A program made the translations under genes and the position numbers. The notes beneath the pieces are model-generated. The model had not been told where the DNA came from, searched no databases, and saw nothing but the letters and a program-made list of their open reading frames with translations. Positions 36,886 to 49,982 of a stretch of DNA of 51,359 bases are shown here, in pieces. Source of the DNA: Octopus bimaculoides (taxonomy: Eukaryota); assembly GCF_001194135.2 (NCBI RefSeq), contig NC_068985.1, positions 51,697,343 to 51,748,701 on the forward strand. Reading direction: 5' to 3'. Every line of letters begins with the position of its first letter. Position 1 is the first letter of the stretch.

Positions 36886-37939
36886 NNNNNNNNNNNNNNN
36901 NNNNNNNNNNNNNNNNNNNNNNNNNNNNNNNNNNNNNNNNNNNNNNNNNNNNNNNNNNNNNNNNNNNNNNNNNNNNNNNNNNNNNNNNNNNNNNNNNNNN
37001 NNNNNNNNNNNNNNNNNNNNNNNNNNNNNNNNNNNNNNNNNNNNNNNNNNNNNNNNNNNNNNNNNNNNNNNNNNNNNNNNNNNNNNNNNNNNNNNNNNNN
37101 NNNNNNNNNNNNNNNNNNNNNNNNNNNNNNNNNNNNNNNNNNNNNNNNNNNNNNNNNNNNNNNNNNNNNNNNNNNNNNNNNNNNNNNNNNNNNNNNNNNN
37201 NNNNNNNNNNNNNNNNNNNNNNNNNNNNTTATTTTACTAAATTCTCCATTATCTTATAAATTAATTGAAACAAAAGCAATGTATTTCAACAAATATGGTA
37301 AAAAAAAAAACAAAAAAAAAATCCTGTTTAATACTCACTCACACACACACACACACCCCCTACCATCTTAAAGACAATTTTGAGAATAGTCTGGGACATG
37401 TTGTTTACAAATAGACAGGGAAACCATGGCTAGATTGCCTGATCATTGGCTACTCAATTCTAGGTTAACCAAGGGTTAAACAATACCACACATCAAGCAT
37501 CTACAATTTATTTATCTGCGTGTGTCTGAGCCTGTTTTTGCCAATTACAGATATTCTGGCTTAGTTTGATTAATAAGAATATATGTAGACCAAGATCTAG
37601 GATAGGTAGTAGTGAATGTTCATCATTAATAACAAACAATCCCAGTGGATGTAGTCTATTCAGAACTTAATAGCTTAGGTCACGGCAGTGAACAATCCCA
37701 GTGAATAAAGATATTTCACAACAAAGCTATCTTTAGCTTTAAAACTCCCAATAAACAATTTGCAATGAGTAAAGTCTGTTATCTTTGGTTAGACTCATCA
37801 TTACTCACATCATTTTAACATTCACTTTTCTATGCTTGCATAGGTCAGCCAGAATGTCTCAAGGCATATATTTTCTAAGGCTGGACACCATTCCTATCGC
37901 CAACTCTCACTTGTTTTCAAGCAGTGTAATATTTCCTCA

Positions 37940-38095
37940 CAAACATTAGGAAGGGCATCCAGCCATAGAAACCGTGCCAAATCAGACTGGAACTTGGTGC
38001 AGCTCTCTAGCTTACCAGTTTCAGTCAAACCATCTAACCCTTGCCAGCATGGAAAGCAGATGCTACATGATGATGATGATGATGATGATGATGAA
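37940..38095 (+). mobile_element. Family D copy in plus orientation with (GAT)n tail
   Basis: It reads ttaggaagggcatccagcc...ttgccagcatggaaagcagatg...(gat)n. Confidence 0.75.
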
Positions 38096-39132
38096 ACAGG
38101 CATGTTTTGATGGGAGATTGGAAAGAAATAACCTTGCTTGTGTAATAGTGTCACTCTTTTACAACTGTCCAGCAATGTCAAGATGAGGAAGTGTAAACAC
38201 ATACACATCAAACACACACATTATTAATATCACATAATTAGTGTGTGTTGTTAAACACTAGAAAGCTTCAGTATTTCATCCAGGGGAGATGCCTTTAAAG
38301 ACATATAGTGTTAAAAAAAAAACAAAAAAACTATAGCATACTTCAACGGTGAAACAAAATCGACCCAAATGTGAAGAGCAACAAATACTGATATCGTCCA
38401 GTTATTTCCAGTTGTCAGTGCCACATACTCCTATGCCTCCAAAACTGTGGTTAAGATGTTTCCTTTGGAACCACATGGGTTTTAGGTTCAGTTCTACAGG
38501 ACAACACTTTGGACAAGTGTCTTTTACTATAACCTCAGGCCAATAAAACCCTTGTGAGTGGATTTGGTTGATAGAAACACAAAAAAGCTGTTGTGTGTGT
38601 GTGTGTATGCAACCATATCTTGACATCATATGATGGTTGTAAGCAAATGTCAGTCATACAAGTGACATTTGTTTCCAGTCTTCCATGAGACATGTCTAAG
38701 GATAGGAAAATATCACCTTGCTTGGTAACAGGTGAGGGATAGCAAAAAAGGAAAAGCTGGTGGTAAAATGATTATAATGATAAAACACAACACTTCTTTC
38801 AGTTTCTTCAAAATTCAATCACATGGTTTTGACCATCTCATTTTTTTTATAAAGACAGTCAAGAGTGACATTTCATTACAGATTTTAAACCCAATCCAAG
38901 TTTAATCACCACTGAGTTGACAACAGCTTCTCTTCTCTCAAAACTGTGGCCTTGGGCCTATATGAAAGAATCAATTAACCAGCAGACAAAACACTTTCAT
39001 CATTTAGTTACATTGTTCTGAGTTCAAATTCTGTTAACTTTGCTTTTGAAACTTGAGTCAATAAATTAAATAACCAGTGTGGCCTTGTGCCTATGTAAGC
39101 AATTAAAATTGGTGGAGCAATGAACAAAAAGT

Positions 39133-39382
39133 TTTAGCCCTTTCGTATTTGAACTGGCCATATCTGGCCCAAATATTCTGCTCATCTCATGTTTAAGCCA
39201 GCTATATCAGGCCCAAATATTTCACCAGTTTTATGTTCAAAGTGACCAGATCCAACCTCTTACACTTACCCTACAATGTCATTTGAAATCTCAAATCTAC
39301 AAGATAATGCATGATTAATTTAAAATGATGTGAAGAAATAAGCATTACATTTGACTGAGTAATCTGTATACTAAAGGGTTAA
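39133..39382. mobile_element. TTAA-type MITE with an internal duplication of about 45 bp
   Basis: It reads ttagccctttcgtatt...atactaaagggttaa, with a body colinear with 7267-7492. Confidence 0.75.
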
Positions 39383-39394
39383 AGTATTTTTAGT

Positions 39395-39582
39395 TATTCT
39401 GTTGTCTGGGGAGAGTCATTCTCTTTTAGTGCCTTATAATTTAACACACTCACTGGTAAAGTTTCCACTCATTTATTTATATTTCTAAAATTTTTGTTGC
39501 GTCATGCAACCTTTTGAACTGGTGAGTGTGTTAAATTATAAAGCACTAAAAGAGAATGACTCTCCCTGGACACAACAGAATA
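39395..39582. mobile_element. MITE with TIRs of about 60 bp
   Basis: tattctgttgtctggggagagtcattctcttttagtgccttataatttaacacactcac is mirrored by gtgagtgtgttaaattataaagcactaaaagagaatgactctccctggacacaacagaata. Confidence 0.85.
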
Positions 39583-40141
39583 TACTTCAACACACAAACT
39601 CACATAAAGAATCTTGCAAACCAAATCCAAAAAGGAAATATTTTTAGTTAGTATCCTTTATAGTCTAAGTTGAAATTCTCCTAAGGTTAGCTTTATCTTT
39701 CATCCTTCGAGGCAAGGAGGATGGGTTAATAGTCAAATATTGGAGAAAATTAAATTTCCTCTTCCTCTAAACTTGAGCTACTCTGTTTACATTAAAACAA
39801 GTGTAATTGTCATTATAAATACCAACTAAAACAGTAGTGTCGTGTGCAGTTTCAAAGTAAACTTCCATGTCTCACTGAAATCCTATTCCTTTCAAATGTG
39901 CAGCCAATAGTCTTGTGACAGAACTACAATACTTGATGGTATAAAAGATGCATGAGCATATTATACACACTACAATTTCAGCAGCACATATTCAGAAAAA
40001 GTTTTAGTGTATTAAAGCAGGAGTAAAGAGGATGATTTTTTTTTTTTTTTTTGCAATGACGTCTCGTATGCCATCAAATACAATATCATATTTCCCCTCT
40101 CTCTCTCTCTCTAAGTTTTTGGCACAGGGCTGAATTAAAAA

Positions 40142-40455
40142 TCCAGACGGAAACTGAAAGAAGCCCATCATATATGTGTGTGTGTGTGTATATNNNNNNN
40201 NNNNNNNNNNNNNNNNNNNNNNNNNNNNNNNNNNNNNNNNNNNNNNNNNNNNNNNNNNNNNTGTGTGTGTGTCCCTCCACCATCGCTTGACAACCGATGC
40301 TGGTGAGTTTACGTCCCCGTAACTTAGCGCTTCAGCAAAAAGAGACCGATAGAATAAGTACTAGGCTTACAAAGAATAAGTCCTGGGTTCGATTTTCTTG
40401 ACTAAAGGCGGTGCTCCAGCATGGCCGCAGTCAAATGACTGAAACAAGTAAAACA
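40142..40455 (+). mobile_element. SINE family B 3' part, with the N-gap inside its microsatellite
   Basis: It is near-identical to 13450-13715 on both sides of the 40194-40261 gap. Confidence 0.85.
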
Positions 40456-40820
40456 GATACAAATTTTGCATTAATTATGATTGATATTTTAAAACTAATT
40501 AATCATTAATCAGTATTCAATAACAATTGAATCTCATAAATGTTAATGCCTCTTTTCATAATGGCATTAGAGGAAGGTAGAGGAACACTGCCCAGGAAAT
40601 GCAGGTACCTCAGATTGGTGAGATTGTTATAGTTGATGCCCAACCTGACTGAATATCTCTGTACTAGCAGGAAAAAACATAGTTTGAAAAGAAACAAAGA
40701 GCCTGGTTTCACTGCTTGCAACAGAGTCTGCTAAAGGCACCCATGAAACAGGTGGTGGCATGTTAAGCTTATCACTCAAAAGTTCAAATATACTACACAA
40801 GAAAAATACTATAACCAAAA

Positions 40821-41090
40821 AAAGAATGAAAAGTTTTGAATGGTACAACAATGCACTATAATACAAAAATGGACTATATACCTGTTGTAATCTAATTGTC
40901 TACAGTCCGGTGATATTTCGGAATACAATTCCTTCTTCAGATATTCTTAGATGGAGTCTCTGCTATAAACTGAAGAAGGAATTGTATTCCGAAATATCAT
41001 CGGACTATAGAAAACTAAATTACAACAGGTATATAGTCCATTTTTTGTATTATAGTGCATTGTTGTACCATTCAAAACTTTTCATTCTTT
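40821..41090. repeat. Foldback element: arms of about 120 bp with a 29-bp spacer
   Basis: 40821-40940 is the reverse complement of 40970-41090, with a few mismatches. Confidence 0.92.
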
Positions 41091-41125
41091 ACAAACAATA
41101 CACAATGCTTCAAGCGAACTATAAC

Positions 41126-41161
<36 letters not shown>

Positions 41162-41445
41162 CATAGAGCAAATCCACAAGCCTAATGAAAAAAAATTAAT
41201 TTCATAATTAGTTCCAGTAATACATTTAACCCAACGCTTTTTTTTTTAAATGTAAAACAGTAAAAATATCAATGAAAGCAACTCTGATGCTCATAACCTT
41301 ATAGCAGTGAATCCAGAAGCAGGGACTTCTTTCTTTAATATGACAACCGTGTCTCTTTCAACAGCACACAGACACATTCACTGCACAAAGAAACTATCTT
41401 GCATCTTACAATCTCTGGCAATTTCATGCAATTACTGTATTGTGC

Positions 41446-41845
41446 AGCATAGATATCCTGGCTGTGTGGTAAGAAGCTAGCATCCCAACCACATGGTTTT
41501 AGGTTCAGTCCCACTGTGTGGTATCTTGGGCAAGTGTCTTCCACTATAGCCTTGGGCCTTGTGAATGGAATTGGTATGCAGAAACTGAAAAAGCCCATTG
41601 TGTATATAAATATATATATATATACACACACACACACATACATATTTGTCTGTGTCTGTCCCCCCCCCCATCACCACTTGATGACCAGTGTTGATGTGTT
41701 TACATCCCCATAACTTAGTGGTTCACCAAATAGACCAATAGAATAAGTATTAAGCTTTAGAAGTCTTGAGGTCGATTTGTTCGACTAAAAACCATTCAAG
41801 GCAGTGCTCCAGCATGGCTGCAGTCAAATGAGTGAAAAGAATAAA
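41446..41845 (+). mobile_element. Diverged full-length SINE family B
   Basis: It runs from the ggctgtgtggtaagaagc head to the gtcaaatgagtgaaaagaataaaa tail. Confidence 0.8.
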
Positions 41846-42547
41846 ATATATCTTCCATAATAGTTGAAAAGTTGCTGCTGTGGTTTTCTTAGAACAGTAT
41901 TCAATGATGGATTCTCATACATGCAGAGTAGTTGGCATTAAAGGCAGTTTTACTTGGATGCCAGCTGTTTGAAGGTGATTGGCAGGGGTGGATGTAGTAC
42001 AATCACCATAGCATGTTGCATGAATAATCACAGGACACTTAAACTACTGTACCAGGCTACTAAACCTGGTAGGTGGCCTTTATCTGCTGAATTCACTCAA
42101 CAACAGGCATGAGCAAACCACTTGTATACCAACTAATTTTTTCCTGATAACAAGGCATTTAGTGTGTGCTAACTAGGCACTACATAATTTCTTTCCTAGA
42201 ATGACATTTCTAAAATCAGAGTGAGTATTCCACAATGCATCACAAATTCTAGGATTTCTTTTAGCAAGAAATATATAGGCCTAATCACATGATCACTTTC
42301 TATACAGATCAAGAAAGACCCACACTGAAGTACTATTCACATCTCTGGGACTGTGCTTTTGCTATGTATCAAGACCTTGGACCACATCCAAAAGCTGGCT
42401 ATTCAAGTGATTAACAAAGGTCCACTATCACTAGCTTGCAGAAGTACTTGTTTCTTTTCTCTTTCTGCCCTTTGCTTCTATGGCTTTTGTTCCCCAACAT
42501 TTTTACTACCAGGCCCATCTATACTGTGACTTACCTCCCAGAAACTA

Positions 42548-42798
42548 CGAGGGTGAGTCAAAAAGTAATGCTATTTTGTTTAGGGCAGGTATAATTACCA
42601 ACACAGGAACATGTATCATACATCAAAATGAAGCTGGTCCTCTGATGGATCACATCCCTACTCCTCAACATAGTCACCGTTTCTCTCAATAGCAATGTTC
42701 CACTTTCGAATGAGAGCATGTATCCCTGCCCCATAAAGTTCTGTCGACTGTTCTCTGAGCCACTTCTTCACTACAGTTTTCACTTCCTCGTCACTGGA
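42548..42798 (-). mobile_element. Mariner 3' end (transposase C-terminus, TIR and TA)
   Basis: The minus strand encodes SSDEEVKTVVKKWLREQSTELYGAGIHALIRKWNIAIERNGDYVEE*. The TIR ta-cgagggtgagtcaaaaagtaatg is at 42546. Confidence 0.88.
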
Positions 42799-44369
42799 CT
42801 ATCATCTGATAGAATAAGTAATAAGTTTAAAAAACAAAAAGTCCTAGAGTCAATTTGTTCGATTAAACCCTTCAAGGTGGTGCTCCAGCATGGCTGCAGT
42901 CAAATGACAAACAAGTAAAAGAATAGGAAAATTTCTCTTTATGGCTAAATCAAACAGGCAGGTACTCATCTCTCTCCAATATCTCTATGGAGCATAGAGA
43001 ATGTAAATGAAAAAAAAAAAATAAATAAATGGCTTAGCCAGGTAGTGAACCTACATAACAGATGCAGCTTACTGGAAGCCATGACTACAGTGCTTACAGT
43101 AAAAAGAAAAATATATATCTTATTTAAAAGCCAAACCCATACATAAGAGACACAAACAGCATTGGTATAAGAGCTACTTCTCTAAACAAGTATCTCTTTG
43201 TTGTTTAGGAATTAGTTGAAATAATGGGAGTATGTGGTGAGAGAGAGAGAGAGAGAAAGATAGTGACAATGCATGTATCTATGTGTTTGTGTATGTATAT
43301 ATATATATATATATATCAGTTTTAAAAAACAAACAAACTGTAGCCTTAGATATTGAATTAAATGGATTTCTCCATTATCTCAGTTAGTTACTGTTATCAG
43401 TAGTGGAAACAGAAATTAGCTAGAGATTGATGAAGGATGTACTTTTAAATAGAGAAACAAACAAAACAAATGCTTTTAAACTCGACTACATAGAACAATC
43501 AATTTCTCTCACTTATACAACTGAGGAATGGGAAATGAGAGCAACCATGTCTTAATATCAATAACATCCACCAGTGTATGTATGTATGTATAATCATTGG
43601 TTTACTGTCCATATTTCCATCCTTGCATGGGTTGGATGGAATTTGTTGAGGCAGATTTTTTATAGCTGGATGCCATTTCTGTTGCCAATCTTCACTTGTT
43701 GAGTAAGGTAATATTTTCCCATGGCTAGACATGGTTTTCACAAGATTGAGAAATGAAGCACAGTGCCTATATGACAGTGGCACTCATGTACAACCATCAT
43801 GTGATGTGTCAAGACAAGACACCAATACATACATTTTATAGACACATTAATGATATATATATATGATGGACTTCAAGTTCCATTTACCAAATCCACTTGC
43901 GAGGTTTTGGTAGTCTGATGCTATAGAAGACACTTGCCAAGCAGTGGGACTGAATCCAAATCCAATTAGTTGGGAAGCACAGTTCTTAATCACAGAGCCA
44001 GTCTCATGGTTATAGTAGAATCTAGACAGCAGAGGAATGACATTATTTTAATAGCAATCAATTACCATCCCTTCACCTTCCAAGACCAAATCCTGTCTAG
44101 GTCAATAAGGCCTTTCTTAACCATCCCAGACCTGGGCACCTGTGTCTAACTTTAACATCCACCTGGGCTCCTCAGCAAAAAAAAAAAAAAAAATTGTTGC
44201 ATACACAGCTCAAGAATGATAATTGCAGGCAAACTAGCTGACAGAATCACAAAAAAATATTCAGAAGAATAACAATAATAGGCTTATCTCTCAATTACCA
44301 TATTTGTTCATGACAAGCAAACTAATGGACAAGAATCACAAAAAAAAAAAAAAAATTCAGGAGAATAAC

Positions 44370-44728
44370 AGCGATAGGCCTATCTCTCAACTACTGTATT
44401 TGTTCACTCAAATCACTACTTTCCTCATCATTTTCACCAGTTTGAATGTCTGAATCGCTCTCATTGTCTCTCTAAGTGCAAATTCATCATCCAAAGAATA
44501 AATATCATTAACAATTTCCTCAACTGTAAAGAATCTAGGTCGTGTTCATTTTACCAGATGAAGTTTTCATCACCAAAAACTCCATTTTTTTTTTTTTTTC
44601 CAATTAAAAACGAAAGCAAATCCCAGTTACATAGGACACCATTAACAAAGAGTCATAAAGACACTTGACTACAAAGTTGCAACGTGATCAGTTTTCTATT
44701 TTTGATATTGGGAATCCGATAGAGGTTA
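44370..44728 (-). mobile_element. Possible decayed 5' end of a DNA transposon with an acidic N-terminal remnant (piggyBac-like)
   Basis: The minus strand reads PRFFTVEEIVNDIYSLDDEFAL, then after a frameshift DNESDSDIQTGENDEESSDLSEQIQ*. A taacctct..ggattccc end-like motif sits at about 44728. Confidence 0.35.
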
Positions 44729-47542
44729 CATTCCTGAACCTATTTTCCCCTAGACCCCACTGTAACTTTCCAGAGAAATGCCCCACCAGCAGTTGGAAAA
44801 AAACAACTTTATTTTTAATATTTTATCACAATTATTTAATATGAAAGAATCTACTGGTAACTTTTTTTTTAAGTACTGAGTATAAAAAAGAAGTACATTA
44901 CTGACTAAGAAAACAAAAAAAGATTTTCACAATTCCACGTCCCACTAAAAAAAAAAAAAGAAAAAAATTTGGATCCCATGCCCCATGTTGGGAATCACTG
45001 GTTTAGGCTTTTCCTACTATAATGGGAACATGGTGCAATTGGGTCAATTTTTATTTCATGGTTTAGTGAGAAAGGAGAGAAAGAACATGTCTTTGATCTT
45101 CATAGGTCAGCTACAACCAGGGTCTATGCACCAACAAGAACAAACTGCACTATGGAGTTACAACACATAAGATTGCCAAACAATTCCACATAATAAACCA
45201 CTGTATGTGTTGAAGTATGCAGAGTGATCTTTAAAACAATGATGGAAAGAAACTTCTGAAGTTGTGGGTATATATGTCCCAGCAAAACGTTTTGACTAGC
45301 AGTCTCATCATCATCATTTTAATGTCCACTTTTCCATGCTTGCATGGAATAAACAGAATTTGTTGAGGCAGATTTACTATGACCATATGTCCTTCATTTC
45401 ACCAACCTTCACCTGTTTCCAGGCAAGGTAATATTAACCCCTGGCCAGATATGTTTTCACAGAAGATAAGAATTGAATGACATCACTTGTATGATGGTGA
45501 TGCTCACTCACAATCATCACATAATGTCAAAACAAGGGTACACATAAACACACACACACGCGCAACAGGCTTCTTTAAGCCTCCACCTATCAAATCCATT
45601 CACACAGCTTTGGTTGCCTAAGGCTATAGTAGAAGACACTTGCCCAAGGTGCTGTGCAATGGAATGGGACTGAACCTAAATCCATGATTGAAAAGCAAGC
45701 TTCATAACCACATAGCCATGCCCGTTTCTATAAGTTAAAAATTAATTTGAGTAATACAAGGCTAATTGAAAAATACACAAGTGCAGCTTTAATATCATCA
45801 TCCTTTAACGTCTTGTCTTTTCTGCTGGTATGAGTTGGACAATTCAACAGGATCCAATGAGTCTGATGACTTCATCGGGCTCCAATGTCTGCTTTAGCAA
45901 ATGAAAAAGAAATACACTTTGTTAGTATGTTTTATTAAAAGAGGTAAAGAGATTGTATGTGTACCAATAGAGGGTCTATATTGGCAGGGGTTTAACTGAT
46001 GGTCTTACATCCGTGATGAATAGTTCAAACAAGTTATTTCTAGTGTAGCAGTTTAAAACAATGCAGGCATGGCTGTGTGATAAGAAGCTCACTTCCCGAC
46101 CAGATGGTTCTGGATTCAATCCCACTATAGTTCTGGGCAGACCAAAGCTATGTCAGTGGATCTGGTACGCGAAAACTGAAAGAATCCTGTCATATTTATA
46201 CATAAGTGTATATCAATGTGTGTGCCTTTGTCTTTGCTCCCCATCACCTTTTGATGGCCAGTGTTGGTTTGTTAATGTCTACATGACTTAGCAGTTCAAC
46301 CAAAGGGACCTATAGCACAAGCACCAAGTTTTAAAAATGTATTGGGGTCAATTCATTCAACTAAAGCCCTTCAAAGTGGCATCCTAGCATAGCTGCAGTC
46401 CAATGGCTGAAACAGACAAAAGATTCTCAAACCATATTGCACTGGACAACACACTGTCTAATATACACACACACATGGAGTGGGAGGTGGGGGCACCTTG
46501 AGCAAATGCCTTCTACTATAGCCTCAACCCAACTTTGTGAGTGAGGTGTCAACTGAAAAGCATATCTATGTGATTATATATATCACCGTCATCATTTTAA
46601 CATCCACTTTTCCATGCTTGCATGGGTCAGATGGAATTTGATGAGGTTTAATTTTCTATGGCCAAATGCCTTTCTTCATCATCATCATTTAATGTCCACC
46701 TTCCATGCTGGCATGGGTTGGACAGGTTGACAGGAGCTAGCCAGGCAGGAGCCTGCATCATGCCTCAGTGTCTGTTTTGGTATGCTTTTTTTTTTTGCAG
46801 CTGGATGCCCTTCCTAACACCAACCACTCTGCAGAGTAAGCCAAATGCTTTTTACGTGGCACCAGCACAGGTGAGGTCAGTTTTGGCATGGTTCTTACAG
46901 CTGGATGCCCTAACAAATGCCAACCACTTTGTATGTATATTTCTATCTCTTTGTTTCGACATTGCATACTAATTGCAAACTAACATCCATCATACAAGTA
47001 CTCCTGTTTGTTAGCAATGTCCCATATAAATATGTCCAAATTAGGGTAAAATGTTACCTTGTTTGGAAATAGGTAAGGGTTGGCAACAGGAACAGCATCC
47101 GACTGTAGAAAATCTGCCTCAACTTAGTTTGTCCAATTCATGCAAGCAAGGAAAAGTAAATCTTAAAATGACACACACACACACTGCAATGGATCACAAT
47201 GCATAGTTAAAAATTTTAAGTAGATTGAATGCCATTCGACATTTATGAAATCCAGTGACATTAACAGCTCTTAACATGAAAACCACCTAATTTCCCAAAC
47301 ACTTGGACACTTCAACTTGCTATAAACAAACAAGAAATGTTGTGGGAGAGAACTTAAAAAATTTTACCTACTTGTGCAACATGTATACTTAAACTAGTGA
47401 CAGAGCTTCATTCAAGAATAGTTGTACTTCAAGGTATGGCTCTGTGGTTTAGAATCTCACTCTGTAACTATGTGGTTTCAGGTTTAGGTCAACCAGCACC
47501 TCGTCAGTGAATTTGGTAGACAGAAAGTGTATGGAAGTTCAT

Positions 47543-47578
<36 letters not shown>

Positions 47579-47579
<1 letters not shown>

Positions 47580-47850
47580 TCAATATAAAATAGTGTACAT
47601 TTAAACAAGAGAAAACTGCCTTCAACAGGCAGTTTTTACATGCTAGAAGTAGTCAAAACAACCAAAACCACATTTAAGAGCAATCTTCAAAGGGAATGGA
47701 AAATAAAAAGGTAAAAGTTTTTATTTTCCATTCCTTTTGAAGATTGCTCTTAAATGTGGTTTTGGTCATTTTGACAACTTCTAGTGTGTAAAAACTGCCT
47801 GTTGAAGGCAGTTTTCTCTTGTGTTTAAATGTACACTATTTTATATTGAG
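47579..47850. repeat. Near-perfect palindrome of about 272 bp with an 8-nt loop
   Basis: 47579-47709 is the reverse complement of 47718-47850, with a few mismatches and indels. The loop is ggtaaaag. Confidence 0.93.
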
Positions 47851-47947
47851 AATATGTTGTCGATTGACTTTTTATACAAGCTAGACCACTGGTAGTAAAT
47901 TTTCTAAAAAAAAACTCACTACCCTATATTTTACGTATACATATATT

Positions 47948-48330
47948 TTCTTTTACTTGTTTCAGTCATTTGACTGTGGCCCTGCTGCAGCATCACCTTG
48001 AGGGGTTTTAATTGAACAAATCAATCCTGGGACTTATTTTTAAGCCTAATACTTATTCTATCAGTCTCTTTTGCTAAACTGCTAAGTTACAGGGATATAA
48101 ACACACCAACACCAGTTGTCAAGCAGTGAGGGGGGACAAACAGAGACACAAAGACATGCATGTACACACACACATACATACAACAGTCTTCTTTCAGTTT
48201 CTGTCTACCAAATACACTCACAAATCTTTGGTTGGCTTGAGGCTGTAGTAGAAGACGCCCAAGGTGCCATGCAGTGGGACTGAACTTGGAACCAAGTGGT
48301 TGGGAAGCAAGCTTCTTTCCACACAGTCAT
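47948..48330 (-). mobile_element. Diverged full-length SINE family B
   Basis: It is the reverse complement of the family B consensus, from ttttacttgtttcagtcatttgactg to gcaagcttctttccacacagtcat. Confidence 0.8.
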
Positions 48331-48482
48331 TTATTATATTATAAATACATATTTATATATCTGCATATATGTGTGTGTTTTTATTCGTTCCCTCCAACTG
48401 TTTGACAGTCTGTGCTGGATTGTTCACGTTGCCCATAACTTAGAAGTTTGGTGAAAGGGACTGACAGAACAAGTACCAGACT

Positions 48483-48705
48483 TTAACCCTTTAGTGTTGA
48501 TATTACTGTCAAATTTAATGCTTATTTATTCGTATTATTTTGAATTAATCATGCATTATCTTGTAGCTTTGAGATTTGGATGATGAAACTTTTCTTAGAA
48601 TGGACATTGTAGGATAGGTGTGACATACCAGATCTGGCCAGTCTGCACATAAAGCAAGTAGGATATTTGGGTCAGACATGGCCAGTTTAAATGCCAAATG
48701 GTTAA
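48483..48705. mobile_element. TTAA MITE, orientation opposite to 7267-7492
   Basis: It reads ttaa-ccctttagtg...atgccaaatgg-ttaa. Confidence 0.75.
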
Positions 48706-48944
48706 AGAAAAAAAATAAGAATTAAAGTTGACTTGTTAGGCTGAACCCTTCAAGGCAGTGCCCCAACATGGCTGCAGTCAAATGACTGAAACAAGTAAAC
48801 TGATGATGCAGAATGTTTATAATATTTCATATCAATACAAGGTGTTAGAACACGTAAACAAATTTAAATTGTAGTAATTTTAACAAAACCAATTCATTAT
48901 AGTTATGAGAATACCTCACCCCTGCCCCACTCCTCTCAAAGATC

Positions 48945-49250
48945 TTTGTCTTGCAAGTTACTTAGTGACCCTACCAGTGTTGGTGCCATGTAAAAAAGCA
49001 TCCAGTCCACTCCGTAAAGTGGTTGGCGTTTGGAAGGGCATCCAGCTGTAAAAACCATGCCAAAACTGACCTTCCTTGTGCTTATGCCATGTAAAAAGCA
49101 CTCTGTCCACTCTACTGGTGCTTGGTGTTAGAAAGGGCCTGCAGCTGTAAAAACCATGCCAAAACCAACACAGAAGTCTGGTGCTGGCTCCTGTCAAACT
49201 GTCCAACCCATGCCAGCATGGAAGGCAGACACTAAACAATGATGATAACG
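48945..49250 (+). mobile_element. Long family D copy in plus orientation
   Basis: It reads gtggttggcgtttggaagggcatccagc...ccatgccagcatggaaggcagacactaaacaatgatgataac. Confidence 0.75.
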
Positions 49251-49259
49251 ACAACAGCC

Positions 49260-49324
49260 CAGATCAATCAGAGCCACATATATTTCAGATCAATCAGATC
49301 AATCAGAGCCACATATATTTCAGA
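49260..49324. repeat. Short tandem duplication (cagatcaatcagagccacatatattt x2)
   Basis: Directly visible, with an extra cagatcaat between the two units. Confidence 0.9.
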
Positions 49325-49982
49325 ATAGTCAATGTAAAACCTTTATTCCACCCATTTCTTTTTGACAAAACCATCATCATCAACATTAAGTCTACTTTTA
49401 CATGCCTGCATAGGCTGGCTAGAAATTGTTGAGGTAGATTTTCTATAGCTTAATGTACTTCCTGTCACCAACCCTCACCTGTTCCCAAATAAGGTAAATT
49501 TTCCCCCATGGCTGGACATGTTTTCACATAAGATTGGAAACGAAGGATACTGCTGCATGGTGGTGACACTCGTTCGCAACTATCACATGATATCGAGACA
49601 AGACGACAACGAAACACACAACGCACGCACGCATATATACAGTATGTGTTTTTCAGTTTGTGTTTTACACCTACCTAATCCATTTGCATGGCTTTGGTCA
49701 ACCTGGGACCATAGCAGAAGACACTTGTCCAAAGTGCCGCACGGTTGGATTGAACCCAGAACCAAGTGGTTGGGAAGCAAGCTTCTTAAACACACAGTCA
49801 CACCTGCACTTATTTTTAACAAAATGGGCACTGCCATTAAAAGTTTTGCTTACAATACTTGGGTCTCACAAGCAGTAATCCATCTAAATACTAACTAGGC
49901 TTGATGTTGCATAATCTCAGTGATTGGATGAGAATAGGTGTTTTCAACATGATATGGCTGTGAAATTGACAGCTTAATTACA

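Noticed and set aside
40609-40663. 55-nt minus-strand exon-like segment
   Set aside because: The donor is weak (gtacct), there is no CAPZA N-terminal similarity and there is no in-frame ATG.
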